Below, one piece after another: positions 35,650 to 50,913 of a stretch of DNA of 64,000 bases (position 1 is its first letter; each line of letters begins with the position of its first letter). The notes below the pieces were generated by a model. That model was not told the DNA's origin, made no database searches, and saw nothing but the letters and a program-made list of their open reading frames with translations. Origin of the DNA: Candidatus Heimdallarchaeota archaeon (GTDB lineage: Archaea; Asgardarchaeota; Heimdallarchaeia; Hodarchaeales; Hodarchaeaceae); NCBI GenBank assembly GCA_020353515.1, contig CP070695.1, forward strand, positions 2,738,155 to 2,802,154. The letters run 5' to 3'. Both the position numbers and the translations under genes were made by a program.

Positions 35650-36274
35650 TCCTAGATGGCCTCAAATTACGAATTAATGGCTTTCCAAAGTATTTAGATG
35701 TGATTCTTGGTTGAATAGTGTCACAGTTGGGACATTCTAATGTATTTCGTCTCTTAAACTTTAATTCATGGCCACATTGGATACAATAGGATATTACAAC
35801 GCCTAATCCGTCTCCAATTAAGCTTACATAAACTGGTTTAGCTGCTCTTATTATTCGGAATCTAATCCAATCCCCTGGTCGAGCTACTTCGTACATATTC
35901 TTTACAAAACGTCGAGATGCTTCTGATACATGTAGTATAGCACTGATTGGGATCATCAGATTTTCTTGATTTAAATAATATATGTTAATTGAGGCAATTT
36001 GTTTTTTCATGAATTCTACGCGACCTATCCCAAGATCCCCATTTTTTATCGATCTATGAGGATTCTTTGGGATTACTGTAATCTTATGTCTCTTAGTATC
36101 TGTCACCACACGACCAAAAATTTTAGAATAAATACCCCCATCTTGTTCATAACAAGTTTCATCTGGTAGAAATTCTTCTATCACTGCTATCTTATCACCT
36201 GGTAAGACCCAATCATCATCTGAGTCTGATTTCTTGCTTTCTTTCATGTCCTTTCCCGTTAACACACTTATCAT
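35636..36274 (-). CDS. csl4: Exosome RNA-binding subunit Csl4
   Basis: VLPGD.I...EEFLP, S1 domain (ILHVSE, PGDWI), LGVV...CIQCG...CPNC. Confidence 0.92.
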   Translation of the reverse strand: MISVLTGKDMKESKKSDSDDDWVLPGDKIAVIEEFLPDETCYEQDGGIYSKIFGRVVTDTKRHKITVIPKNPHRSIKNGDLGIGRVEFMKKQIASINIYYLNQENLMIPISAILHVSEASRRFVKNMYEVARPGDWIRFRIIRAAKPVYVSLIGDGLGVVISYCIQCGHELKFKRRNTLECPNCDTIQPRITSKYFGKPLIRNLRPSRNETR

Positions 36275-36410
36275 AGAGCTTTAATAATATTCGAGTTCTT
36301 TAATCTGATGCTTTGATTACGATCAGTTGAGAATCTTTTTTTAATAACTGATTCCCTACCGAATTCTCAGAATCTAGAGATAAAAGGTTTAGCTGGTTTC
36401 ATTGAAAAAG

Positions 36411-37094
36411 TCATTCTGCAATACGTAATAAGTCTACACGAACAAAATGTTCGTGTTTTCGATGAAATCTTAAGCTAGCTGATAATGGAAAATCAATTGT
36501 AGCCAAGATTATGGTATTTTTTCTATGTTTTTTTCCTAAATCTTTGATTAACCTGCGAGTTCTGGGATTCGATTTATGAATGGAGATTATTACCTTTGAA
36601 AATTTAAGCGCGTGTTTTAAAAATACCATATCTATTTTTGGTCTTTTAGTTCCAAAAGGAGGATTCATTAATGTGACTTGGAACCTTTTTCCCCATAATT
36701 TGGGTTCGGAAAATTCAATTGCTGTGATTAACAGATCTATACCTAGTTTGTTTTGTTTCTGCAATTGAACAAGGTGATTCATGGCATCTAGGTCAATGTC
36801 AACTCCCAAAATACGATTCGAGAAAAAATGCTTAATAGGAAGAGTAAACCTCCCAGTTCCGCATCCGAGATCAACGACATTTTGTCCAATTAAATCTTCA
36901 GCACATAGTATAAGTATAAAAGCAATCAAGTCACTAGGCAATGAATACTGTTCAAGTTCTACTTTAGGGGATCTAAAACTATCAATCTTGTCAATATATG
37001 ATATAATCCTTGTATATAGCTCAATTTCTTCGGGTGACCATAAGATTGTTTTAGGGGTGATGATTCGATAACTCGATTGGGGAATTCTAGGCAT
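36411..37094 (-). CDS. METTL5-family N6-adenine RNA methyltransferase
   Basis: PKVELEQY, VDLGCGTG, MNPPFGTK, FHRK. Confidence 0.9.
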   Translation of the reverse strand: MPRIPQSSYRIITPKTILWSPEEIELYTRIISYIDKIDSFRSPKVELEQYSLPSDLIAFILILCAEDLIGQNVVDLGCGTGRFTLPIKHFFSNRILGVDIDLDAMNHLVQLQKQNKLGIDLLITAIEFSEPKLWGKRFQVTLMNPPFGTKRPKIDMVFLKHALKFSKVIISIHKSNPRTRRLIKDLGKKHRKNTIILATIDFPLSASLRFHRKHEHFVRVDLLRIAE

Positions 37095-37179
37095 GAAAAA
37101 AACAATTTCCTATGATGAGGGAGAAATATTTCCTTGTAATAATGGAAGACTTTCATGAAGGAAAAATGAATAGAGATTA

Positions 37180-37623
37180 TTAACGCATTGGTTTCTCTTT
37201 CTTCCCAGAAAGTAACGCACTAAGACTTACTCCATTGACATGAACCACTTTATATCTTACCCCAGGTAGATCGCCGATTGCTCCGCCCTTGGCACCCCCT
37301 ATTCCTTCTATTATTACCTCATCATGTTCATCAATGAATAATAGCCCTCCGTCTCCAGGTATGAAAGCAGTAACCTGTTTTCCATTTTTTATTAGTTGTA
37401 CTCTAACACATTTTCTAATAGCAGAATTGGGTTGTTTAGATTCAATTCCTACTTTTTCAATCACAATTCCACGCGCTTGGGGAGCTCCTTCCAGAGGATC
37501 GAATTTTTCTTTCAAACGAAGTACCTTTCTTTTATAAGCTGTACTCTTCCAACGAAATTTCTTTCTTTTCCGCAATAACTTATTTGCAGCAAATTCTCCG
37601 CGTGGTGATTTCAATCCAGTCAT
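37180..37623 (-). CDS. rps12: 30S ribosomal protein uS12
   Basis: [25 protein letters not shown]. Confidence 0.98.
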   Translation of the reverse strand: MTGLKSPRGEFAANKLLRKRKKFRWKSTAYKRKVLRLKEKFDPLEGAPQARGIVIEKVGIESKQPNSAIRKCVRVQLIKNGKQVTAFIPGDGGLLFIDEHDEVIIEGIGGAKGGAIGDLPGVRYKVVHVNGVSLSALLSGKKEKPMR

Positions 37624-37762
37624 ATTTCTTCGCCATATTAATTTAAAATCTTAAAGAGTGTTATCAAACGATATTTCATTATCTTTGAATTCAATAGGAT
37701 TGTTTTATCTTGTTTTTTCTTTTATATAAGAAAGATTTTATTTGTTATTTTTTGATAAAAAT

Positions 37763-38203
37763 TTAGGGAGGACTTTGGATAATGACATTATTGATTCCAA
37801 AGTGTCTTTTCAGTAAAAGACGTGATCTTTGGATATTTCTACCATTCTTACCAATGGCTTTTCCCCTTTCCTGCGGGATAACCGTAACTACAACAGTTTT
37901 CTTTCCTGATTTCTCATGAATCTCAATGTTTTTTGTCTTAGCTGGTGCAAGAGTGTTTGCAGTAAAGTTCTCTAAATTTTCAGAATATACAACAATGTCT
38001 ATCTGTTTTTGGAAATGATCTCGAAGACGTCTAATAGTTGTTCCTCCACGACCTATAACTTTACCTGTGTCGTTTCGCCGAACTACAAAAATAACACGAG
38101 TTTCAGATTTATCCCAAACACAATCAACTGCGAGGGCACCCGTAAGTCCTTCGAGAATGGAAATAAATCGAAGTTCTTCTTGGGACATTCGAATATTTGA
38201 CAA
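37763..38203 (-). CDS. nusA: Archaeal NusA (two KH domains)
   Basis: GKVIGRGG, GKAIGKNGRNI; start set at the TTG (LSNIRM) after the eL30 stop. Confidence 0.92.
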   Translation of the reverse strand: MSNIRMSQEELRFISILEGLTGALAVDCVWDKSETRVIFVVRRNDTGKVIGRGGTTIRRLRDHFQKQIDIVVYSENLENFTANTLAPAKTKNIEIHEKSGKKTVVVTVIPQERGKAIGKNGRNIQRSRLLLKRHFGINNVIIQSPP

Positions 38204-38217
38204 TAAAAAACATCCTA

Positions 38218-42429
<4,212 letters not shown>

Positions 42430-42839
42430 TAATATTACAGCTAGAGCAAAATAAAGATTTTAGAGAATAATAATGAATCTTTCAGGGAAGGTGTTGGCAA
42501 GGAATGTGAGAATTACTCAACTAAGGCCAGCTGCATAAATGCTTATGTATTTTGACTAAGACCAGCCAGAAGCTTGTTTCCTAGAATTGAAAGCTAAATG
42601 GTAGAATTACAGTTTAAGAATTTAGATTTTAGATGGTTCATGATTAGTAAAAACGAGATTTTTAGAACTACCAAGCTTTCGAGCATGTATTTCTGCATTA
42701 GTTCAATTTTTCTGATCAGGATCCCAACTTAAGAATTCATTACAAAATTACCTTTTTTTGGTAAAATAAAGAAATTTCCAACAATTGGATTGTTTTAAGG
42801 TTCTGAGGGTCTGAAGGAAGCGATCTACACTTTGGCTAA

Positions 42840-43025
42840 TTAAACACTAACTTTTAGATTATGTAGAGTAAAGATGAAAAGACCAGTCAATAAACAAAAT
42901 TTTCCGATTCGACTACCACTGGGGGCATAGAGAATTGAACCAAAGGTTATTAAAAGCGCTCCAAATTGTACAGATAAAATTACTTCCAAGCAGATGAAGA
43001 TTATGCCTGTAAGGATTTCCAACAA
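42840..43025 (-). CDS. Small 2-TM hairpin membrane protein (pilin-like candidate)
   Basis: GSILYAPSGSRIGKFCLLTGL resembles the repeat units of the upstream ORF; TTG start. Confidence 0.5.
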   Translation of the reverse strand: MLEILTGIIFICLEVILSVQFGALLITFGSILYAPSGSRIGKFCLLTGLFIFTLHNLKVSV

Positions 43026-43029
43026 ACAT

Positions 43030-43551
43030 TCATGTCCTCCATAATGGCATATTCGGAAACTGAAAACCTAATGGTAAAATAATACAGACTAGACAGATCA
43101 AACTCTTTTTCAAGGTATTAATCCGCTTTTTATCCGATGAAATGATATATAATCCGAGATTTCCAAGAAAAATAATGAAAGATAAGGCAGCAAATATAAA
43201 AAGCAAATAAGATGTTATAAAGGATGTAATTGACTGAAATCCCTCAAAAGGTTCTGTTACCTCTTCCGTAGTAGGAAAATTTGGATTGAAAATGAAGATT
43301 AATAGTGCTAAGACAGCCAATGATCTTAAAATCATCTTTTTGCCATTTTCCTCATTATAATCTAAAAGATAGACTATAGCTCCTGAAATAATTGAAAGAT
43401 TTACTACAACAATCGCGATACAAAGAGAAATTGGGAATAGAGATGAAAAGAATTCCATCATTTTGTTTGAAAAAGCTTGGAGATAGTTTATGACCTCAAA
43501 AGAGAAAAGGTCCCTTTCATCCATTAAAAAAGCCAGACAGTCTAGAATCAA
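43030..43551 (-). CDS. Membrane protein with two tandem TM-hairpin (VirB2/TrbC-like) units
   Basis: GAIVYLLDYNEENGKKMILRSL and LGLYIISSDKKRINTLKKSL repeats. Confidence 0.55.
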   Translation of the reverse strand: MILDCLAFLMDERDLFSFEVINYLQAFSNKMMEFFSSLFPISLCIAIVVVNLSIISGAIVYLLDYNEENGKKMILRSLAVLALLIFIFNPNFPTTEEVTEPFEGFQSITSFITSYLLFIFAALSFIIFLGNLGLYIISSDKKRINTLKKSLICLVCIILPLGFQFPNMPLWRT

Positions 43552-43711
43552 GATTATCCCTAATATTCCTGGAAGTAAGCGAATCCTATGTTAATTCATA
43601 ATTATGGCATATAAACTCCCAAGATTATTCCAATCATTTTTTTAAATTTAAGATCACTTTTCATTTCTATTACCATTTTCCTTACTAGCAAAATCTCCAA
43701 TGAATAGGATC

Positions 43712-45109
43712 CTAGATTTCACTACTGGCTTCCTGACCTAGGTCAATGGTAATACCTTTTAGATTATCTATAACATCATTTATATCAATTTGATTTACAA
43801 TTAGAGAATCCAATGTAAAAATTCCTGACTCGGAGCTTGGATAAGAAAGAAAAGATTCAATATTCTTTTCAGATAGAGTTTCAATCTTCCCTTCCTTTGT
43901 CAATTCAGCAATTCTCATAATTGTCCGCTTTTTTACATTTTTGATCCAAGAGACATTCAATTCGATGAAAACATGAGGGAATGAAGTTTTCAAAAGTCCA
44001 AGGGGAATCTCATATATATCTTTTAAACGAATGAATAAATATTCAGGATTTCGACCATGTATTGTTTGAATTGATGGAATTCCCACAGAAAGAACATTCA
44101 GGAAGGCTGTAAAGTTGTCTTTTGTAGAAAGTTCTCCTAAGTTTATGAAATCTGGACTTCTATGCAAAATTTTTTGGATCTCCAGTGATTTTGAAAAAAC
44201 CATTTTTTCTTGAGGGTCATATCCCAAACGAAATCTAACTGTATTTCCCTGTCTTGTTTCAGTAGTTTCAAGAACATCTTCCACAGATAGAAGCCGAAAA
44301 TGAGGAGGAATGTATTCAATTAAGGCGTTCTGTAGTGTTGTTTTTCCTGAATTTGGAGGCCCAATAATAGATATAGAAACTTGATTCTGTATTAAAAATA
44401 CCAACAAAATTGCCTGATTTAAAGTAATACTTCCATTGTTTACTAGATCTGATATTCTTAATTTTTGAGAACGAAATTTCCTAATGTCGATGTGAAAATC
44501 TTCAATGATAAGAGGAGGTATATCTACCGTAACTCGAGTATGGAATAATGAAGACACAAAATCTGATTTCATGGTTGGATTACTTTTATTTAAAGAAAAA
44601 TCGTTTTCTAATGCAACTCGATAAATAAAGGATTCAATTTCTTCTTTTTTAAGTTTTATTGATGTAGTACATCTCCCATGTCTTGAATGGTCAATGTAAA
44701 GGTTTTTTTTGCTTGAATCTAGATAAATTTCGTCAATCTGATCATCAATTAATACGGATCCAATTTTCTCAAGATCGAGTGCACGTAACAATACTGGGAT
44801 TAATAGTTGTTCAGGAAGTTCTAAATGACTAGAAATATCTGCTGATAAGTAATTGTAAAGTTGGTTAAAAGTACAAAAGTCTTTTTGCCCTAAAACAAAT
44901 TCTTTAAGGTAGATCTTAATCTCCTTTTCATAACGGCTAAAATTTTTTAAGTGATTATACGTTAAAGGATTGTATTGAACCTGATACTCAAATTCTTTTG
45001 TTTGGGGCACTTTAACTATCGAAACAATGTAACAATGAAAAGAATAGGAGTCTATCACCATTTTCTCGTATTGATCAATACTATAGTTACTAATTGATTG
45101 ATAATTCAT
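43712..45109 (-). CDS. CpaF/TadA/VirB11-family secretion ATPase (divergent)
   Basis: IDIRKF, Walker A GPPNSGKTT, VED, RSPDFINLGE, TIHG. Confidence 0.85.
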   Translation of the reverse strand: MNYQSISNYSIDQYEKMVIDSYSFHCYIVSIVKVPQTKEFEYQVQYNPLTYNHLKNFSRYEKEIKIYLKEFVLGQKDFCTFNQLYNYLSADISSHLELPEQLLIPVLLRALDLEKIGSVLIDDQIDEIYLDSSKKNLYIDHSRHGRCTTSIKLKKEEIESFIYRVALENDFSLNKSNPTMKSDFVSSLFHTRVTVDIPPLIIEDFHIDIRKFRSQKLRISDLVNNGSITLNQAILLVFLIQNQVSISIIGPPNSGKTTLQNALIEYIPPHFRLLSVEDVLETTETRQGNTVRFRLGYDPQEKMVFSKSLEIQKILHRSPDFINLGELSTKDNFTAFLNVLSVGIPSIQTIHGRNPEYLFIRLKDIYEIPLGLLKTSFPHVFIELNVSWIKNVKKRTIMRIAELTKEGKIETLSEKNIESFLSYPSSESGIFTLDSLIVNQIDINDVIDNLKGITIDLGQEASSEI

Positions 45110-45131
45110 TTTTTACTCCCTGCTAAAGATT

Positions 45132-45461
45132 TCATTCTGGCTTCTTTGACTCTTGAATCATTTGACTAAAAATGGCTCCTAGATTGTTGGAAAGAGAGTT
45201 TTTTAATGAATTATCTTTATTTTCTGCAATATCAAAGCAGTATTTTCTTCGTACAATTCCTTGACCATCGATATAAAGAGTAAGAATATGACCCTCCTTT
45301 GAATGCGACATTGCCTTGGTAATAAGAGAATGTTGTTCACGGGCATTGATTAATTCAGACTCAGAAATAAAAATCGATTCCTTCTTTCCACATATTGGAC
45401 AAGTCGTCTGAATGACAGTTTTTTGCGTTTGGAGGATAGGCAATTCAACTACCGTAATCAA
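45132..45461 (-). CDS. Small zinc-binding hypothetical protein
   Basis: CPICG ... H...GHILTLYIDGQGIVR. Confidence 0.65.
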   Translation of the reverse strand: MITVVELPILQTQKTVIQTTCPICGKKESIFISESELINAREQHSLITKAMSHSKEGHILTLYIDGQGIVRRKYCFDIAENKDNSLKNSLSNNLGAIFSQMIQESKKPE

Positions 45462-45780
45462 TTTCGGGAATGAGATTAAAAAATCCCAAATTTCTCACAA
45501 GTTGAAAAAAAGTAGGAAACGGTTAATATCAAGATCAGATTGGAGTAGGTACGAATCTTGTTCGTATTGTTTTTTTTAAGCTGGCTCCTTAGGTTTTTGA
45601 GGTTGAATTTGGTATTATGCTTGAAATAAAATCTTTATGTGAGATTTCATTAAACTTTCTCATTTCTTTCTAAAAAATAATTCTTGGGTTTAAATAAAGG
45701 ATGTTGAAACAGTATAATGTCAATATCACATTAACCCTCTGCTTTCCTTTAAATCTTTCTTCTTGATTGGTGTAATATAG

Positions 45781-47283
45781 ATGCTGGGTAGTGTTTCAAA
45801 TAATATCCAATCTATATTATTTGGAAATTTTGATTTCTTTTCTCAATACAATTTCGAGGAATATTTCAAATCTAAGTTTAAGTTCGGTGAAAAACAGGTT
45901 TTATTAATTTCTAAGATGTTCTTTATCTTATCTCTTTTTTTCATTGGGTTTCAGACTTTTTTTTTAGGAATTTTTTTAGAAGGAATATTAATAGAGTTAG
46001 CTTTAACGATAGCTTTCTTAAGGTTATCTAATTACATTATTTTTATCCAATTTAAGGAATATTGCACTACAGTAGAAACAATCGGTTATTTTGTTGTAAA
46101 TGAACTATTAGTGATACTAGATACTTCAAGTTCTTTAAGGGAAGCTACTAAGTTTATCATATCAAGCAAATATCCTCTATTTTCTGAAATTTTTACAAAT
46201 GCAATGATTTCAACACATTTTGGCAATTCCCTTAATTTTGCTTTAAAAACTCAAATAACAAGAAGTCTTTTTGGTAACATCCAGACCGTTTTCTTGTATA
46301 TTTTAGAAATTTGGGAAAATGGGAAAAATATTGCTCTCCTTTCAAAGAATAGGATTCTTAGTAGAATTTCAGATCAAATAACAGAAGAAACAAATAAAAT
46401 TGACTCTTGGGCCTCGTTATCAGCTGGAATTACATTTCTAAGCCCTCCAGTAATCTTTTGCTTTTTATTAATTTCTGGGAACATGAGTGTATTTTTTGGA
46501 TTTTTAATCATAATTGGAGTAATTATCGGATCTTTGTTTATCCACCCTGAAAGACATCTAACAGTGTTCTCAAAGAATAATAAGCTCTTCTTATCTTATG
46601 ATAAAAAATCATTAGAACTCTTAGTTATTCTTTCAGAGAATCTCTTAAGTGGGAATTCTTTCAATAAAAGTTTGAACAATGCGTTAAATGTAGTAGAAGT
46701 TTTTCCACAAAAAAACCAAACCACAAGAATGTCAGAACCTTATACTCTGTTTAAATTAGGTGTTACACAAACAAACGATATTGAAACCAATTTTTTAGCT
46801 AAATTTTTTCCTGAAAGAATCATACAACTTGTCTTATTAATAAAAAAGTTCTCAATGATCGATATTTCCATTGCAGGTAAAAAATTACAGACAATAACTA
46901 AAGAATTAGGCAGAACCAATGAATTATTAAGTAAAGGTGATGCACAACTTAAAGCAGCAAAATTGCATGGGAATATTATACAAATCCTTGCCTTAGTCTC
47001 ATTAGCTTTTATAGCTGGAGCTAGCTCCTACTTCCTTTTTGTATCAAATATGATTTATCAGCCATTTACAGAAACATCAATGACAACTAGTAATTCTGTC
47101 TTTGAATTAATCTACTTAATAACAGCTCTTGTAATAAGCTTATTACCAATCAGAAGAATCAATGTTAAAGGATTTAGAAAACATGAAGCAATACCATGGA
47201 ACGGTATCATAGGATTATCTAAATTTACAGTATTTCTAATTGTATATACAGTTGTTAAGAACGCTTTTATAGGAATGATTTGA
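45781..47283 (+). CDS. Putative TadB/TadC (T2SS-F-like) membrane platform protein
   Basis: Two repeats of TM pair plus helical domain (LDTSSSLREA...FGNSL..AL; LLSGNSFNKSL); near the TadA-like ATPase. Confidence 0.6.
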   Translation: MLGSVSNNIQSILFGNFDFFSQYNFEEYFKSKFKFGEKQVLLISKMFFILSLFFIGFQTFFLGIFLEGILIELALTIAFLRLSNYIIFIQFKEYCTTVETIGYFVVNELLVILDTSSSLREATKFIISSKYPLFSEIFTNAMISTHFGNSLNFALKTQITRSLFGNIQTVFLYILEIWENGKNIALLSKNRILSRISDQITEETNKIDSWASLSAGITFLSPPVIFCFLLISGNMSVFFGFLIIIGVIIGSLFIHPERHLTVFSKNNKLFLSYDKKSLELLVILSENLLSGNSFNKSLNNALNVVEVFPQKNQTTRMSEPYTLFKLGVTQTNDIETNFLAKFFPERIIQLVLLIKKFSMIDISIAGKKLQTITKELGRTNELLSKGDAQLKAAKLHGNIIQILALVSLAFIAGASSYFLFVSNMIYQPFTETSMTTSNSVFELIYLITALVISLLPIRRINVKGFRKHEAIPWNGIIGLSKFTVFLIVYTVVKNAFIGMI

Positions 47284-47393
47284 TTAAAAAAACTTTAATC
47301 TAAGGATGAAATTTTTGGGAGTTTTTTAAATAAACTTTGCACATGAAGGTGGAGGTTCTATGAAGAATTGACCAAAAGAGGGATAAAAAAAGG

Positions 47394-50300
47394 ATGAAAT
47401 TTAGGTATCAAAAGCTTAAAGATCTATTGGTTATCCTTTTCATTACAATCGCGATAATAATCAGTCATTTCGCAGTTTATAATACCCTTTTTTATCCCAA
47501 TACAGCATATTCAACACATAAACAAGTTTTAGAAGATGATCTTCAGGCGATTCAAAAAAATAGACCTAATCTTGAAATTAATGACTTAACTGGGGAGCCT
47601 ATGCAGTATTATATTGAACAGGGTGAAAATTTTGAATTAAAAACTAATGAGACCAAAGTAATGTTAACAACTTCAGAGACAAATGTTTCTATCAGATCAA
47701 GGGCTATAAATTCTTCATTTCAGCTTATCTCTACGGGTAATAATAGTAGTAATGAATGGAAAAATGATACTGAATATGGGAATGTTAACGTATCTACTAT
47801 CCTCCTGGGAAATGAAAAAGTTTTTCGACTTAGTTTTGTAAATAGGAGCGTTTTTGATTCAGGAGTTAACAATTCAAAATTCCTTGTGTCCTCAAATCCA
47901 AGTTTAATTAATTTTCCAACTATCATCTCCTTTGATTTTCGGATCCCATTTCTATCTCAAGAGTTATTAAATTCCTCACATACATTATCTTTAGATTTTA
48001 AATTCAATAACGGTAAAATAACATTCATTTTATCAGATTGGGGTGGAACTCTAAGTGGAGAAGGATTTGAAGAAGTTGAGGAAGATATTATTTATGACAA
48101 TAGGTCATCCTCAATCTATGTCCTGTGTAATGAGACTTCTCCCTTTATGAATTGGAGACATATTTCTCATAATATTACCAGAATAATTACAGCAAATCTA
48201 CCTCCAGAGGATTACCCAAACTTTTCGAATCTGAAATCTCTTTTTTGCCATATGATTACTTATATTCCGTACAATTTAACATTAGATATCAACGATATAA
48301 CGTATTTTACGTCTTTACCTCCTTATCCTCCAATTAATTATACAATTGGAGAAACTATGGTCTTTACTGACAACGGTACATTATCCTATGATTCAAGAAT
48401 GGAAAATTTCACCCTATCTGCAAGTGAGGAATATCCCTGGAAAAATAACTCCCAAACTTACCTGGATGTAAATGTTACTCGCACAAAAAGTCTTGAGAGT
48501 TTTTGTGAATTTATAGAATGGAATGAAACTAAAGTTAGGATTAATGTTGCTATAAATATTCCTAATATTCTTAAAAATGCGTCTTTTAGTAATATTCACA
48601 TTATTCTCCCTTCTGATTGGATGAATATCACCTTTCTTAATGAAAGTAACACTCTCAAGTTTTATAATCAGACGAAAATGTTGAATGAATTTATTTTAGG
48701 AAACCATTGGCAAATAAACGTCTTTGGAATAGTGTGGGGTATTCTTGAAGCTTGGGCACCAAATTATTTCTCAAATGTTGAAGTTCCAACAGACGTTTGT
48801 AGAAATGAAATAATTCTATTAAGAGGGTATTTACGTTATCCCTTATCTGGAGACATAAATTTATATTTACAGAACGGGTCTTTTACCTTCCATCAAACTA
48901 CTCTACCAATGATCAATTCAACTTTTATTTTTCCAGAGATAACGATTACTGAAGAGTTTCCGCTTGGTCTATTGCAGCTCACTCTTAATTGGTCAAATTC
49001 ATGGGAGTTTGGAATATTCGAAAAATTAATCTATATTCATGAGCAAGGAAGTTCTTCCTCACACATCTTATTCCAATCGGCACAGACTATCGATATTCAT
49101 CAATTTGAATCATTTTCGATCAATTTAAGTCTTTTACAAAATGGAGAAACGTACAGTTCAAATTCAACCATAGTTTTTTTGATGAAAGGGAGTGACTGTC
49201 TCTTTTTTTCACATTTATCTTTGAATAACTACATTCTAAATGTTTCTCATGTTACTTGGGATCCAGGGAATTATTCTATTGATGTCATTGCTTCTGATGG
49301 TAGTTTGTTTTTTGCTAAGGACATGTTAAACTTAACTATTAAACCTGCTTCAATCTTTTGGAGTTTCGAAAACTTAAAAAGCACCTTGGCTCAAAATGAA
49401 AGTATAGCTTTTCGACTATATTCTTATATCAATCCTCAAGGAGATGATTATTTTAAAATCCTTTCAGGGCTCACTATTAGGATTTGGATCAATGCAACGA
49501 TAAATTCCATTTTTGAAACGAATTCCGAAGGATTCGTAGATATTTATTGTGATTTTACATACACAACAAATAGTGATTATCTTCAGGTAGTAATAGAAGG
49601 AATGCTTGAAGGGGAAGTTTGTAAGCTACAAACACTGCTCTTTCTTCTTTCTAATGAAACATCCCTAAGTGATGGGGATCGTGCATATATTCATGAGATA
49701 ATGAGATCTCCAATAAAGGCAAACGAAACATTTTACGTATATTATCAAATTGATTACTCAACTAATAATTCAAAATGGTTTGTACACATCGAATCATTTA
49801 GTAATGTAGTATTATCTGCGTATATTTTACGAGATAACTATATTATTGGTACTGATATTGAAAATGATCTGTTGGTCTGGACATTAGAAGCAAGTCAATT
49901 GAATGATGATATATTGGTAATTGAATTACCAGGTCCAACTGCATTGGTTATAGAAGAATCTATTTCGAAAAAATTTAGGTTTAAACTTGAGGTTTTTTCA
50001 GAAATTACAACAAATAATTACTCGATAGATATCAATCTGAAATTTTTAGGTTTTCCTTTCTCTAATCTCTCTCTGTTTGATTCTTTAAATAGGAATGTTA
50101 CTGATTTGTTTCCAATTACTATTAAAGGGGAAATTGTTTCACTTTTTCAATTTAATATTATTGGTGGATTCGAAATATGTTACTTTTTAGAAGGATATCT
50201 TCATGAATTGAATATTATAATAAGAAAACCTTTTCAAGCATCATATTCCTATAATGAAAGTATTTTTGGTAGTTGGAGAATAAATACACCAATTGAATTT

Positions 50301-50903
50301 TCGTATATGGTTTCATATTCAATACTAGGATTAGGATCTTGGGAATGTTATAACACTAGCTTGGAAGTGCTACCAAATTCAACGAGTGTTATAACAGCTT
50401 TCCTGCCTCCCCAAAATTGGAATAGTACGATCTCGATCCAACTAATTGTGAAGTATTTTTCTGACTTATTACTAGTTAGTCCTTTGCAGAATTTCACAAT
50501 TCGTGACCCCTTCCCACCAATGTTGGATTATTCTATTGAATTATTAGCTGATATTGTGAGGATTCATGCATATGTTTTTGAACCTGAAAAAGCATCAGGA
50601 ATAAAGAATGTTTCTTTATTGAATGGAGATCAAGACATCACAGCTACTCTTCTTTCCTTAAATCATTATATATTTGACATTTCAAAAAACACTATCCATT
50701 CTCCAGTCATTAAGGTAACTGATTGGGCCGAGAATGAGAGATTAGCCGAATTTACTCACATTACTAGATTCTTTTCAAATTCTCCTTCCCTTCTAAAGGT
50801 TGTAGAATCACAATATCTCTTACCTCTATTGTTTTCGATAACAATAATTGGTGGTATCTTTATCTCACGAATAATCAAGAAAAGGAAAACTACAATTCTT
50901 TGA
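47394..50903 (+). CDS. Large membrane-anchored surface glycoprotein (beta-rich)
   Basis: N-terminal signal/TM, C-terminal TM with basic tail KKRK, very many N-x-S/T sequons. Confidence 0.75.
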   Translation: MKFRYQKLKDLLVILFITIAIIISHFAVYNTLFYPNTAYSTHKQVLEDDLQAIQKNRPNLEINDLTGEPMQYYIEQGENFELKTNETKVMLTTSETNVSIRSRAINSSFQLISTGNNSSNEWKNDTEYGNVNVSTILLGNEKVFRLSFVNRSVFDSGVNNSKFLVSSNPSLINFPTIISFDFRIPFLSQELLNSSHTLSLDFKFNNGKITFILSDWGGTLSGEGFEEVEEDIIYDNRSSSIYVLCNETSPFMNWRHISHNITRIITANLPPEDYPNFSNLKSLFCHMITYIPYNLTLDINDITYFTSLPPYPPINYTIGETMVFTDNGTLSYDSRMENFTLSASEEYPWKNNSQTYLDVNVTRTKSLESFCEFIEWNETKVRINVAINIPNILKNASFSNIHIILPSDWMNITFLNESNTLKFYNQTKMLNEFILGNHWQINVFGIVWGILEAWAPNYFSNVEVPTDVCRNEIILLRGYLRYPLSGDINLYLQNGSFTFHQTTLPMINSTFIFPEITITEEFPLGLLQLTLNWSNSWEFGIFEKLIYIHEQGSSSSHILFQSAQTIDIHQFESFSINLSLLQNGETYSSNSTIVFLMKGSDCLFFSHLSLNNYILNVSHVTWDPGNYSIDVIASDGSLFFAKDMLNLTIKPASIFWSFENLKSTLAQNESIAFRLYSYINPQGDDYFKILSGLTIRIWINATINSIFETNSEGFVDIYCDFTYTTNSDYLQVVIEGMLEGEVCKLQTLLFLLSNETSLSDGDRAYIHEIMRSPIKANETFYVYYQIDYSTNNSKWFVHIESFSNVVLSAYILRDNYIIGTDIENDLLVWTLEASQLNDDILVIELPGPTALVIEESISKKFRFKLEVFSEITTNNYSIDINLKFLGFPFSNLSLFDSLNRNVTDLFPITIKGEIVSLFQFNIIGGFEICYFLEGYLHELNIIIRKPFQASYSYNESIFGSWRINTPIEFSYMVSYSILGLGSWECYNTSLEVLPNSTSVITAFLPPQNWNSTISIQLIVKYFSDLLLVSPLQNFTIRDPFPPMLDYSIELLADIVRIHAYVFEPEKASGIKNVSLLNGDQDITATLLSLNHYIFDISKNTIHSPVIKVTDWAENERLAEFTHITRFFSNSPSLLKVVESQYLLPLLFSITIIGGIFISRIIKKRKTTIL

Positions 50904-50913
50904 GCTGAAAGCT

